Assembly (NCBI GenBank): GCA_001002765.1 | Contig: LCMS01000004.1 | Span: forward strand, 68,775-132,774 | DNA length: 64,000 bases | Direction of reading: 5' to 3' | Source: Candidatus Uhrbacteria bacterium GW2011_GWE2_46_68 | GTDB lineage: Bacteria; Patescibacteriota; Patescibacteriia; UBA9934; GWF2-40-263 | Shown here: positions 9,695-19,261 of the stretch, in pieces | How the letters are laid out: every line of letters begins with the position of its first letter | How positions within the stretch are numbered: the stretch's first letter is position 1 | Notes under the pieces: generated by a model | The model's input: the letters and a program-made list of their open reading frames with translations, nothing else | What the model was told of the DNA's origin: nothing | Database searches by the model: none | Made by a program: the position numbers and the translations under genes

Positions 9695-11045
9695 TTCCAT
9701 TAACAACGTTCATTTGGTCGGAATCGGAGGGATTGGAATGTCCGCGCTTGCAAAATGGTTTTTGACACAAGGAAAACACGTGAGCGGATCTGATTTTGTT
9801 TTGTCCGCAATCACTCAAGAGCTGATGGATCGTGGCGCGCATGTTTCTGAAGGGCAAGGGGAAGATCATGTAAGCGAAGATGTGGATTTGCTTGTCTATT
9901 CTTCTGCTGTGCCAGAAGAGAATGTTGAGCGTTTGAAGGCACGTGCATTGGGGATTCCCGAAATGACCTATGCTCAAGCGCTTGGAGAAATTTCAAAACA
10001 ATACAAAACCTTGGCCGTGTCCGGCACCCATGGAAAGAGTACGACGACCGCCATGTTGGGACTGATACTGGAGGCCGCAGATTTGGACCCTACCGTGATT
10101 GTGGGATCTCGTGTGCCAACGTTTGTGGAAAAAAATCTTCGCGTGGGAAAGGGGAAATATTTTGTGGTGGAAGGGTGTGAGTATCGTGCCAATATGCTTT
10201 CCCTTCACCCCGCAATGATAGTGCTTACCAATATTGAAGAAGATCATTTGGATTATTATCGTGATCTTGATCATATTCGTGAAACGTTTCAGACCTTTGT
10301 GGATCAAGTTGGAGAGGGAATGGTTGTGTGGAATGCGGATGATCAGGAGTCGAAAAAACTTATCATGGCCCATGGCGTCAGTTATGGTTTTGGAGATGGA
10401 GCAAAGTATAAGGTAAGGAATCGACAGACAGATCAAGGAATACAAAAAGCCGAGGTGTGGAAAGGAGAACAGAAGCTTGGAGAGATCCGGTTGCGTATTC
10501 CAGGGGCGCATAATATGGCAAACGCGCTGGCGGCGACTGCAGCCGCCATGGAGGTGGGAGTGTCTTTTGATGTGTGTGTAAGAACGTTGGTGGATTTTCG
10601 TGGAATTTGGCGCAGGTTTGAGATTCTTGGGACATGGAGGGAGGCCATGGTTATTTCCGATTACGGTCATCATCCCACCGAGATCAAAGCAACCTTGCAA
10701 GCGGCACATGAATTTTACCCTGGACGACGTTTAGTTCTTTGTTTTCAACCCCATCAACATGCACGCACACGCGCACTTAAAAAAGAACTCGCTCAAGCGA
10801 TCTCAGGATTTGATTTCGTCATCGTTCCCGAGATTTATGAGGTCGCCGGGCGTACTGAAAGCGAAACTGTTTCAAGTAAAGATTTGGTGAAATTGGCTCA
10901 AAAGATTGCTCCGAAAAAAAAGTTTTTATTTGCGCAAGATTTTGTGGAAGCGCGACGTTTGCTCGAAGCCAATATCCAAAAAGATGACATAGTGATTATT
11001 CAAGGTGCTGGGGACATTGATGACCTTGCACGATCCCTTGTATGA
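9687..11045 (+). CDS. murC: UDP-N-acetylmuramate--L-alanine ligase
   Basis: GIGGIGMSALA, GTHGKSTTT, DYGHHPTEI, FQPH. Confidence 0.96.
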   Translation: MFDSINNVHLVGIGGIGMSALAKWFLTQGKHVSGSDFVLSAITQELMDRGAHVSEGQGEDHVSEDVDLLVYSSAVPEENVERLKARALGIPEMTYAQALGEISKQYKTLAVSGTHGKSTTTAMLGLILEAADLDPTVIVGSRVPTFVEKNLRVGKGKYFVVEGCEYRANMLSLHPAMIVLTNIEEDHLDYYRDLDHIRETFQTFVDQVGEGMVVWNADDQESKKLIMAHGVSYGFGDGAKYKVRNRQTDQGIQKAEVWKGEQKLGEIRLRIPGAHNMANALAATAAAMEVGVSFDVCVRTLVDFRGIWRRFEILGTWREAMVISDYGHHPTEIKATLQAAHEFYPGRRLVLCFQPHQHARTRALKKELAQAISGFDFVIVPEIYEVAGRTESETVSSKDLVKLAQKIAPKKKFLFAQDFVEARRLLEANIQKDDIVIIQGAGDIDDLARSLV

Positions 11046-12007
11046 ATACTCTTACCCTTCAATCTGTTGTGAAGCGTCCGATCAAAGAGCAGGAGCCATT
11101 GGCTCCTTATACAAATTTTCGCATTGGCGGTCCGGCAACATGGATGGTGGAAGTCGAGGATGCAGAAGAATTGCAAGCTGTCTTGGTGATAGCAACACAA
11201 GAACAAACTCCGTACGTTATTTTGGGGGGAGGATCCAACATGCTTGTCAGCGATCGGGGATTTGAGGGGATCGTGATTCGTGTATTGTTACGTAATTATA
11301 AAATCAAAGGGAATAAAATATGGGCACAGGCTGGGTTGCCTACGGTTGCGGTTGCCCGTGCCGCAGGGGAAGCAAGACTTACCGGACTTGAATGGGCTGT
11401 GACTTTGCCCGGAACCATTGGCGGCGCCGTGCGAGGAAATGCAGGATGTTTTGGCGGAGAGATCAAGGATGTTTTGGTTTCCGCGACCTTGTTGCGAGAG
11501 GGAGAGATGGTGGAGATAGGGAAGGAAGATTTTTATTTTGGATATCGGGATTCTGTTTTAAAACACAGAAAAGATATTCTTTTGGATGTGACGTTTGAGC
11601 TTGTGCCCGGGGATCATGAGAAGATTTTGGAGAAGATGCAAGTGTGTTTGCAAAAGCGTCGCGAGTCTCAACCAACCTCTGGAGGATCTGCCGGATGTTT
11701 GTTCAAAAATTATCAGATCAAAAATGAGGGAGAGCTTGTGCGTTTGCAAAAAGTTTTAGAGCTTCCGCCCGTGACGATCGAGAAACGTTTGATCTCGACC
11801 GGATGGCTTATTGATCAAATGGGACTTAAGGGGTTACGGATTGGAGACGCTCAAATCAGCGAGCAACATGGAAATTTTTTGTTGAATATGGGAAAGGCCA
11901 CGGCAGAGGAAGTGATGCAACTCATCTCTTTTATCAAAATAAAAGCGCAAGAGAAATATGAGATCGCGCTTGAGGAAGAAATTCAGTTGATTGGGTTTGA
12001 GGGTTGA
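11042..12007 (+). CDS. murB: UDP-N-acetylenolpyruvoylglucosamine reductase
   Basis: FRIGGPA, GGGSN, PGTIGGAVRGNAG, FGYRDS, SAGCLFKN. Confidence 0.96.
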   Translation: MNTLTLQSVVKRPIKEQEPLAPYTNFRIGGPATWMVEVEDAEELQAVLVIATQEQTPYVILGGGSNMLVSDRGFEGIVIRVLLRNYKIKGNKIWAQAGLPTVAVARAAGEARLTGLEWAVTLPGTIGGAVRGNAGCFGGEIKDVLVSATLLREGEMVEIGKEDFYFGYRDSVLKHRKDILLDVTFELVPGDHEKILEKMQVCLQKRRESQPTSGGSAGCLFKNYQIKNEGELVRLQKVLELPPVTIEKRLISTGWLIDQMGLKGLRIGDAQISEQHGNFLLNMGKATAEEVMQLISFIKIKAQEKYEIALEEEIQLIGFEG

Positions 12008-12074
12008 CGATTTGTAGGGGTTTACATAGGAGTTCGTGTTACAATAAAAACAAGAATCACTAATCTTTGAATTT

Positions 12075-12419
12075 ATGCGTATCATCTCGTTTCTTGGATC
12101 CAATATGGAGATTACAGATGCGATCAGAAGTTTTGTGGAAGAAAAGGTACAGGTCTTGGAAAAAATGACAGGAAATTGGGAGCCGGCGGAATTGCGAATC
12201 GAAGTGGGAAAGACCACCAATCATCATGCCAAGGGGCCGTATTTTAAAGCCGAGATGCAGCTGAGTATTCCGGGGGAAGTATTGCGAGCCGTGGAAGAAG
12301 CGGAAGATTTGTATGAATCAATAGATAAGGTGCGTGATAGTTTGCGACGGCAACTCAAAGAATATCAAGAGCGTCAACAAGATCGCAGTCAGCGTGGAGG
12401 CCGTCCGGATAAAGAATAA
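12075..12419 (+). CDS. hpf: Ribosome hibernation factor (HPF/RaiA, short form)
   Basis: NMEITDAIRSFVEEK; DLYESIDKV...LRRQL. Confidence 0.9.
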   Translation: MRIISFLGSNMEITDAIRSFVEEKVQVLEKMTGNWEPAELRIEVGKTTNHHAKGPYFKAEMQLSIPGEVLRAVEEAEDLYESIDKVRDSLRRQLKEYQERQQDRSQRGGRPDKE

Positions 12420-12494
12420 AAAGATCACCCTATGGATAGATGAACCGTGGAGTGTTAGGGAGAGCTCTTCTCATGTTCATTTGGAGGAAACGCT

Positions 12495-13100
12495 ATGCAT
12501 GTTCTTTTTGCAACAACGAACAAAGCAAAGTTGGGGCGCATGCGTGCTTTGATGCGGGACACGACCATTATTTTTCTTTCTCCGACCGAGGAGGGTTTGA
12601 TTGTTGATGAAACGAAAGAGGGAAGTGATATTGCGCACAATGCGTGGGTAAAAGCCTTGGCTTATTTTGGGAAAACCAAACTTCCCATCTTGGGACAAGA
12701 TGCGGCTTTCGTGATTCCCGGGGTGGATTTAGATCCCGCACAAGTCAAAAGAAATGCGCTGGGGAATCATGATGAGTTTTTGATGTCACAAGGAGAAATC
12801 GCGCAAGCCATTTTGAATTTTTATCGGGCATTGGTAAGAGAACGTGGTGGACGCATGTCAGCGTATTGGGATGACGCGTTTGCTCTCGTTTTTCCAGACG
12901 GGACGATTCGTGAGGCACAGGCGAAACGCCCGGTGATTCTTACCGACGAGATTCGTGGAGAGATGAATCCTTATTTTCCATTACGATCTTTGTATATTGT
13001 GGAGCCGACAGGGAAATATGTATGTGAGCAGACTTTGGAGGAAGAATGGTTGGAACTCCGTCCGGTTCGGGAAGCCTTGCGAACATTGTTTGATCAATGA
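12495..13100 (+). CDS. Ham1/ITPase-like NTP pyrophosphatase-fold protein (divergent)
   Basis: FATTNKAK, NAWVKA, ILGQDAAF. Confidence 0.7.
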   Translation: MHVLFATTNKAKLGRMRALMRDTTIIFLSPTEEGLIVDETKEGSDIAHNAWVKALAYFGKTKLPILGQDAAFVIPGVDLDPAQVKRNALGNHDEFLMSQGEIAQAILNFYRALVRERGGRMSAYWDDAFALVFPDGTIREAQAKRPVILTDEIRGEMNPYFPLRSLYIVEPTGKYVCEQTLEEEWLELRPVREALRTLFDQ

Positions 13101-13152
13101 TAAATGAACGTCCAGTCCAAGATTGGCGTTTTTTTTTGCATGTATGTCATGG

Positions 13153-13206
13153 TAGGGTCAGGTCGTGCTTCGTGCTTTTTATAAAACTATCTGACCCTAT
13201 GACCCC
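13153..13206. repeat. Mini REP-like inverted doublet
   Basis: TAGGGTCAGGTCGTGCTTCGTGC...CTGACCCTATGACCCC. Confidence 0.6.
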
Positions 13207-13262
13207 AAAACTCCACAAAAGAAAAAGACCCTTGGCGTAGGGGTCTTTTGGTGATGTGCTTT

Positions 13263-13793
13263 TTACTCCGGATTTTCTTTGATAGGAGAACTTGCCGCAT
13301 CTCGAATGATACGAAAAAAATTTTTTGCTTCTGCTTTGGAGCGGAAGAATGCGATGGCAAGAACGTGCGTTGAAATTGATCCTTCTCGAAACGGAAATTG
13401 CGGATAGTGCGCGATAGGACGATCATTTTCCCTAACAGGAATATCAAACCATTCTTGCCGATAGCTATTGAGAGGAGAGTCTTTCTGTGAGGCTTCAATC
13501 CATCGAGTAAATACTTTTCTTCCATCTTGTCTGATCAACAAAGAAATACCACGGATGTGGTACCAGTAGTCCTTGGAAAGAGGGAATAAAAGAGGGCGGC
13601 GCTCATGTGGCCCAGCGATTTGCGCATCTGTATTAGGGGTTTTTTGCACGCGGTAATAAAAGATAACACCCCAAGCAGGTGCGGCGCCACATCTCCCCTG
13701 ATTTTCCGCAAGTCCGTTTTCGATATCCTTTACTGCTTGTGAAGCTCTCTCAAGAACTGCAAGTGCCAACCGAAGCTCATGGTTTGGACGCAT
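13263..13793 (-). CDS. Hypothetical protein
   Basis: 176-aa ORF with GAGGTG SD and a boxA-like leader. Confidence 0.6.
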   Translation of the reverse strand: MRPNHELRLALAVLERASQAVKDIENGLAENQGRCGAAPAWGVIFYYRVQKTPNTDAQIAGPHERRPLLFPLSKDYWYHIRGISLLIRQDGRKVFTRWIEASQKDSPLNSYRQEWFDIPVRENDRPIAHYPQFPFREGSISTHVLAIAFFRSKAEAKNFFRIIRDAASSPIKENPE

Positions 13794-13958
13794 GTAGCAC
13801 CTCGTTTTTTTGGAAGGAACAAGATCATATTTCTACATAAACCTCTGAAAAAGTAAAGGAAAAGTGTGCAAAAAGTGGAAAGCTTGATTGACACTCGGGA
13901 CAAACTTCCGTAGGGTTTCAGTAGCTCTTTCCATCACCAGTGTCCAAGGAGACTTTTC

Positions 13959-15047
13959 ATGGAATCTCAAGCACAAGACTCTGTTCGCCGTCTCATTGTC
14001 CTCTCCGGCATTCGTCCCACAGGTCCTTTGCATCTCGGGAATCACCTGGGTGCGGTCAGGGATTGGGTGGATCTCACCAATCGCGGAGAGTATGATTGCT
14101 ACTTCTTTCTTGCCAATCTGCATATGCTCACCACACGTTCTGCCGCCTTGCATACCGAAGGAAAGAAGAGCGGTGTGGATCCCAAGGAGCTCTATGATGA
14201 TCAGGTCGGATTGGTTCTTGACCTCATGGCTGCCGGGATTGATCCCAACAAGGCGCTCATCTATGCGCAAAGCACGATTCCGGAGCTGACCGAACTCATG
14301 TGGCTTCTGGCTACGTTTACGCCTGTTTCCAGACTCGAGGGCATGCATCACTTCAAGGAAAAGAAAGGCAAGCTCGAAGAAGAAGGTGTCGGTGCCAATG
14401 CAGCTCTTTTGACCTATCCGGTTCTCATGGCCGCGGATATCCTGGGTGTGCAAGCAGACATCATTCCCGTGGGGGAAGATCAAAATGCACATGTTGAGTA
14501 TGCGCGTGACATGGCCCGCGCGTTCAACCGCGAGTATGGCGATCTTTTTCCTGTGCCAGATGTGTGGCAGACAAAGGCTCTGCGTGTCCCTTCGATCGAC
14601 TGCTCAGGAAAGATGGGGAAGAGTCATCCCGAAGGATCAGTGTTCTACACGGATTCCGAAAAGGTGATTCGTCAGAAGTTCAGTAGGGCCGTGAAGGCTA
14701 CAGCGAATCCTCCGCGCACACAAAGCGATTGGAGGAATGATCCAGGAGATCCAGCCACTTGCAATGTCTTTTCTTTTTTTGACCTCGTAGGGTCATCTGA
14801 AGACAAGTCGTGGGCAGAGGCCGGATGTCGTGGTGCCACTATTTCCTGTGGAGAGTGCAAGGCACGTGTGGCTGTCTTGGTCAACGAGATCATGGCTCCA
14901 ATTCGCGAACGTCGATTGTCCCTCGAGACCGATATCGGCCGCGCACAAGCGGTTGAGATCTTGCACGAGGGTGGCAAGAAGGCGCGCGGTCGTGTCCAAG
15001 AGATCGTGACCCGTGCCAAGGAAATGGTGGGGATCCCTGCGTTCTAG
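13959..15047 (+). CDS. trpS: Tryptophanyl-tRNA synthetase with 4-Cys Fe-S-type motif
   Basis: SGIRPTG, HLGN, YPVLMAADIL, PVGEDQ, KMGKS; C-x21-C-x6-C-x2-C. Confidence 0.93.
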   Translation: MESQAQDSVRRLIVLSGIRPTGPLHLGNHLGAVRDWVDLTNRGEYDCYFFLANLHMLTTRSAALHTEGKKSGVDPKELYDDQVGLVLDLMAAGIDPNKALIYAQSTIPELTELMWLLATFTPVSRLEGMHHFKEKKGKLEEEGVGANAALLTYPVLMAADILGVQADIIPVGEDQNAHVEYARDMARAFNREYGDLFPVPDVWQTKALRVPSIDCSGKMGKSHPEGSVFYTDSEKVIRQKFSRAVKATANPPRTQSDWRNDPGDPATCNVFSFFDLVGSSEDKSWAEAGCRGATISCGECKARVAVLVNEIMAPIRERRLSLETDIGRAQAVEILHEGGKKARGRVQEIVTRAKEMVGIPAF

Positions 15048-15199
15048 CTCGCTTTTGCGAGCTTTTTTGTACGCTATTTTCTGAACACATTTTGGTTTCA
15101 AGATAGGATCGTTGGGGATAGCTCGATTGACTTTTTCATCTCGCGTCGTACCATCTAGCCAGTTCCTTTCAACCTCTCTCCTTAAGGAAGGAGTCCATC

Positions 15200-16606
15200 A
15201 TGTCCGAAGCTCAAGGTGATGCGTGGCGTTGGCCCCTTGAAGGTTCTTGTGACCAAGCGCGCATCGCGCGCATCGAACACATCACTTCCCCCTATGAGAG
15301 CAGTCCTCCGCCCATCTGCTACCCAGGCACCCCGCTTGATCGCGAGATGATCGCGATGGTTCCCGAACTCATGCGAAAGCAGTTGAATGGCATCGGGTTT
15401 CACACTCCCAATGGCATCGGGGAAGGCGGGTTTGATTCGACTCAGAAGATGGAAAGCGCCGCCGTTCACATGGTCGCCGGCATGCTTGGGGGCACACCCC
15501 AAACCGTGGATGGCTACTTCTGCGGCGGCGGAACTGAGGCAAATTTGGAAGGGCTGTATATCGGCCGTCAATGGCTTCGTTGCTTCGCTGATCCACAAAA
15601 AAAGGGAATCGCCGTTCTCTGCACCCCTCTTGCACACTATTCCATCTTTTTTAAGGGGACCAATATCCTGGGACTGACCAATCAGTTCCGATGGACCGAG
15701 TGTCCCAAGTGTCATCGAGCCCACAAATTGCCCAAAAACGAAAACACCGAGCATCTGCGTTTGGTGGGGGTAGATATCAATGGCAAGATGCATTTGCCAT
15801 CTTTGGAACAGATTTTTCTCAAGGCCTACGAGGAAGGGTATCGTCAGTTTCTTCTGGTAGCGACAGCGGGTACCTGCCTCATGGGTTCGATTGACCCCAT
15901 TTCCGAGATCGGCCAGTGGATGAAACGCACGAAGCGTGAATATCACGTAGAATTCTATTTTCATGTGGACGCCTCATTTGGCGGTTTTACCATTCCTTTT
16001 GCAAGTGAAGGTAAAGAACATATCGGATTTGATGTTCCAGAAGTCATGTCTGTAACCGTGGACGCGGACAAGATGGGCCATCTTCCATACCCGGCTGGTG
16101 TTTTCCTGTGCCGTAAGGGGTTGCAGGAGCATGTCGGACTGGAAGTCGCCTATATCCGCGGGCATGGAGATTACACCATTTCTGGTTCACGCAGTGCGAT
16201 TGCTCCTGTTCTCGCGTGGGACTATTACCAACGTTTGGGTGTGGATGGTCAGACACGGTATGTGAATGCGTGTTTGGAAGCTCGTGACCATCTGCTCCGG
16301 AAAATTTTGGAACGATTTGAGAGAAACAATCATGTGTATCCGCTTTCATGTTCTCCTTTCGTGAACTTCCTTCCTTTGGTCATCGACCTTGTGGACGGAA
16401 GTGTGCCCGAAGATCAGATTGAGCATGGGCCACTGGCTCCCTATCATCTGCGTAGTGATGGAATTCCCACCGAACGGATGGATCCACTAAGCTGTCCCAT
16501 GATTGCCTACAAGTTGTGCATCATGCCGCACACTTTCGGCTTTCTTGATCGTTTCGTGGATGACCTCGAGACGGTTGTCCGCGCGGCCGGAAAATTCGGC
16601 TCCTAA
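15200..16606 (+). CDS. Group II PLP-dependent decarboxylase (MfnA/tyrosine-decarboxylase-like); substrate unknown
   Basis: GGGTEANL, AHYS, ATAGT...GSIDPI, HVDASFGGF, SVTVDADKMG (PLP Lys), GSRS. Confidence 0.85.
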   Translation: MSEAQGDAWRWPLEGSCDQARIARIEHITSPYESSPPPICYPGTPLDREMIAMVPELMRKQLNGIGFHTPNGIGEGGFDSTQKMESAAVHMVAGMLGGTPQTVDGYFCGGGTEANLEGLYIGRQWLRCFADPQKKGIAVLCTPLAHYSIFFKGTNILGLTNQFRWTECPKCHRAHKLPKNENTEHLRLVGVDINGKMHLPSLEQIFLKAYEEGYRQFLLVATAGTCLMGSIDPISEIGQWMKRTKREYHVEFYFHVDASFGGFTIPFASEGKEHIGFDVPEVMSVTVDADKMGHLPYPAGVFLCRKGLQEHVGLEVAYIRGHGDYTISGSRSAIAPVLAWDYYQRLGVDGQTRYVNACLEARDHLLRKILERFERNNHVYPLSCSPFVNFLPLVIDLVDGSVPEDQIEHGPLAPYHLRSDGIPTERMDPLSCPMIAYKLCIMPHTFGFLDRFVDDLETVVRAAGKFGS

Positions 16607-16653
16607 CGAACCTGCCCCACAACGGCAGGTTTTCTGTTTATCAACACCCCCGG

Positions 16654-16682
16654 TTGACCGCAAAAAAATATCTCGATAGAGT
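16654..16682 (+). promoter_or_regulatory. Sigma70-type promoter of the T-box leader
   Basis: TTGACC-17bp-TAGAGT. Confidence 0.6.
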
Positions 16683-16689
16683 AAAGGCA

Positions 16690-16976
16690 CAACATCGTTG
16701 ATCCAGGAAGAAGTACCTTTGGCAAAACCGGTAGAAGCGAGCAGGGGATCGTGAAAGCCCTGTACGGCACCGAAGCGAAATTGGGCCTGGTGAGATGCTT
16801 GCTGCACTACGTGGCAAGCCGGAGAGCCTCCGTCATCATGGGCAAACGCATATCCTTTGGGAGTGCGCACAAGCGCCTATCTTTGAAGATAGGAAGAGAG
16901 GTGGTACCGCGAGCATGAGTCCTCGTCCTCTCAAGTCTGTTTTGTATACAGACTTGTGAAGACGAGGCCTTTTTGT
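16690..16976 (+). promoter_or_regulatory. T-box riboswitch, Trp specifier, transcriptional attenuator
   Basis: Stem I CCAGG/CCTGG with AGTA S-turn, GCGAG bulge and GTGAAA loop; specifier TGG 16782-16784; stem II, CCGTCA F-box; antiterminator AGAGG-TGGTACC-GCG/CGT-CCTCT; terminator CCTCGTC...GACGAGG + U tract. Confidence 0.9.
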
Positions 16977-17022
16977 TAGGGTCTTGAAGCCGTTCTTTCC
17001 ATCTACACAGGAGTTTCACACC

Positions 17023-18402
17023 ATGGGGCGTCCACTCACGCAGGTTCATTTGGGCGAAGGGTATTCGGGGAAGATTCGTATGCGCGAGGCGCTGTACACC
17101 GAACCCATTTTGACCGATGCTCATCGGCGATTTTTCGATGAAGGGCGAGCCTATACTTATCGTGGTCTTACGGCAGCTTCTCTGCAGAGATCCCTCAAGG
17201 TCAAAGAAGCGTTCATTCTTATGTGTTATGCCCTTCGAGCAACCAATGGTCGTTTGGCAGATGGTCTTCTTTCTGATCTGGAGTCTTTCGGAGCAGAGGG
17301 TGATCGTATGGCAGCCAGAGAATTTCTCTCCGGCTATGCCGTGAAGGAAGCATGGGCCGGGATTACCCCCAAAGAAGTGGCAGGCATGGTGACAGCCACG
17401 ATGCTTGATATCATGCGGTTTCCTGAATATGGCAAGCGCGTGATTGAAACGTGCGGAATGGGAGGTGATCGAGGAGTTATTGTTGATGGGGAAGGCAAGG
17501 CTCGCAAGACCATCAATGGTTCCACTCTTTCCGCTCTTGTTCTGGCAAGCCTTGGAGTGGTGACAGCCAAACACGGATCTTATGGAAACACTTCGCCTGT
17601 AGGGTCTACCAATGCGATTGAAGATTTGGGAGTGGTCGTAGATATTCCAGATGTGCTTATTCAGCAACGATTGACAGAGGAGGGATTTCATTTTACGGAT
17701 GCGCATGCATGGAAGACGGTTCATGATCTCTCTCATCTGCAGCCGCGTCGCGAGACGATCAACCACGTAGTGGGTCCTATGACTCCGCCGATCTCTCCAA
17801 GCACACGTTTGGACAAGATTTTGGGAGTGAATGACAAGTTGCCTCCGTGGATTGTGGCTGAAGCCTACGTCATTCTTGCAAATATCGGTGTCTTCAATGT
17901 TGGAAATGTTGCCGTGGTCGCTGGACTCATTGATCGTCCTCATGAGGAAGGGATCATCGAATCTCGCGAATGGTTGCGTGACAACATCCGCCTGGATGAA
18001 TTGTCGCCCGTCGCTTCAGCAGTGTCATTTGTCCACGGGAGCCGTTTTCTCGGAACCCACTTGCTTATCCCCGGTGATTTTGGTCTTGAATTTTGGCATC
18101 CCCATGCCCCCTATATTCCCAATGAGAGAGAGGCGATCCGTGAAGCAAATGAGCAAACGCTTCGGGGGGAAATGGATAATCGACAACTGGTAGAACTCCT
18201 GTCTATGAATGCTGCCCTGGGATTGTATCTCGTACAATACATGGACGATGATACGACGCTCGAGGATCAGGGACCTGATCGTGATGCGCTTAAGGATTGT
18301 TATCAACGCTGTCTCGATCAAGTGGCAAGCGGAAGGGTATTTACTTACCTGGAGGCTTATGCCAGACGCACGCGAGATTTCGCAAGGGGCGTGTCCATGT
18401 GA
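17023..18402 (+). CDS. Stand-alone anthranilate phosphoribosyltransferase (TrpD)-like protein, divergent, N-terminally extended
   Basis: ETCGMGGD, NGST, AKHGS, GS, GPMTPP, LDELSP; AGGAG SD before ATG 17023. Confidence 0.85.
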   Translation: MGRPLTQVHLGEGYSGKIRMREALYTEPILTDAHRRFFDEGRAYTYRGLTAASLQRSLKVKEAFILMCYALRATNGRLADGLLSDLESFGAEGDRMAAREFLSGYAVKEAWAGITPKEVAGMVTATMLDIMRFPEYGKRVIETCGMGGDRGVIVDGEGKARKTINGSTLSALVLASLGVVTAKHGSYGNTSPVGSTNAIEDLGVVVDIPDVLIQQRLTEEGFHFTDAHAWKTVHDLSHLQPRRETINHVVGPMTPPISPSTRLDKILGVNDKLPPWIVAEAYVILANIGVFNVGNVAVVAGLIDRPHEEGIIESREWLRDNIRLDELSPVASAVSFVHGSRFLGTHLLIPGDFGLEFWHPHAPYIPNEREAIREANEQTLRGEMDNRQLVELLSMNAALGLYLVQYMDDDTTLEDQGPDRDALKDCYQRCLDQVASGRVFTYLEAYARRTRDFARGVSM

Positions 18403-18436
18403 CGCCCTTTTTTCATAAAAACAAAAAATTTATTGT

Positions 18437-19261
18437 ATGGTATTTCATGCTCCCACTTTTTCTGTCATAGGCATGATTCATTTTTCTCCTTTGGAAGGAG
18501 CACAGGGGTATACTGACCGCGATAATGTGTTTAAAAGAGCGACTCAAGATTTGAACGCTCTTTTACAAGGAGGAGTTGACGCGGTTATGTTTGAGAATAA
18601 TTTTGATACTCCTAAATTTGCACAGCTGCCCGCATCGAACGCTCTTCATTTCGAAGAGCTGGTGGCAGCTTTGGCACCACAGACAACCGTTCCTTGGGGA
18701 CTTTCTCCTTTATGGAATGATTATCGTTTGGGATTTCGTTTGTGTAAAAAATATGGTGGGCAGATGGTACGTGTTCCTGTGTTCGTGGATTCTGTGGAAA
18801 CCGTGTATGGAGTATTTGAAGCAGATCCGCAGTCTGTTCTCAAAGCTAGAGAAGAAGAAAATGCAAAAGAGATTCAATTATGGGCAGACGTGCAAGTAAA
18901 ACATGCGAAAATGCTTCATCCGCGTCCGTTTATTGAATCAGTGACAGATGCTATGACCCAAGGAGCCGATGGAGTGATTGTGACGGGAAATTGGACAGGC
19001 GATCCTCCCTGTATTGAACAATGCAAGGAAGCGTACGAAACAGTTCAAGGACGTGTCGCTATTTTGACAGGAAGTGGAATGACGCCGGAAAACATTTTTT
19101 CTTTTCGTCCATATTTGAACGGATGTATTGTTGGAACAGCATTTAAAGAAGATACTTTCATTACCGATCATCAAGGTCCGAATATTGTAGGTCCAGAAGT
19201 GCGGTATGATGAGCGAAAGATCCAGAAGTTTGTGGAGGCTGCACACAAAAAATCCCCCTAG
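18437..19261 (+). CDS. BtpA/SgcQ-family TIM-barrel protein
   Basis: IGMIHFSPL, GGVDAVMFENNFD, ADVQVKHA, VIVTG..TG, GSG. Confidence 0.9.
   Translation: MVFHAPTFSVIGMIHFSPLEGAQGYTDRDNVFKRATQDLNALLQGGVDAVMFENNFDTPKFAQLPASNALHFEELVAALAPQTTVPWGLSPLWNDYRLGFRLCKKYGGQMVRVPVFVDSVETVYGVFEADPQSVLKAREEENAKEIQLWADVQVKHAKMLHPRPFIESVTDAMTQGADGVIVTGNWTGDPPCIEQCKEAYETVQGRVAILTGSGMTPENIFSFRPYLNGCIVGTAFKEDTFITDHQGPNIVGPEVRYDERKIQKFVEAAHKKSP

Noticed and set aside
16807-17943. 378-aa minus-strand ORF
   Set aside because: Antisense to the TrpD-like gene and T-box; no recognisable domain.
13959-18402. Classical trp biosynthetic operon
   Set aside because: Only a divergent TrpD homolog is present; trpE/G/F/C/A/B are absent from the window.
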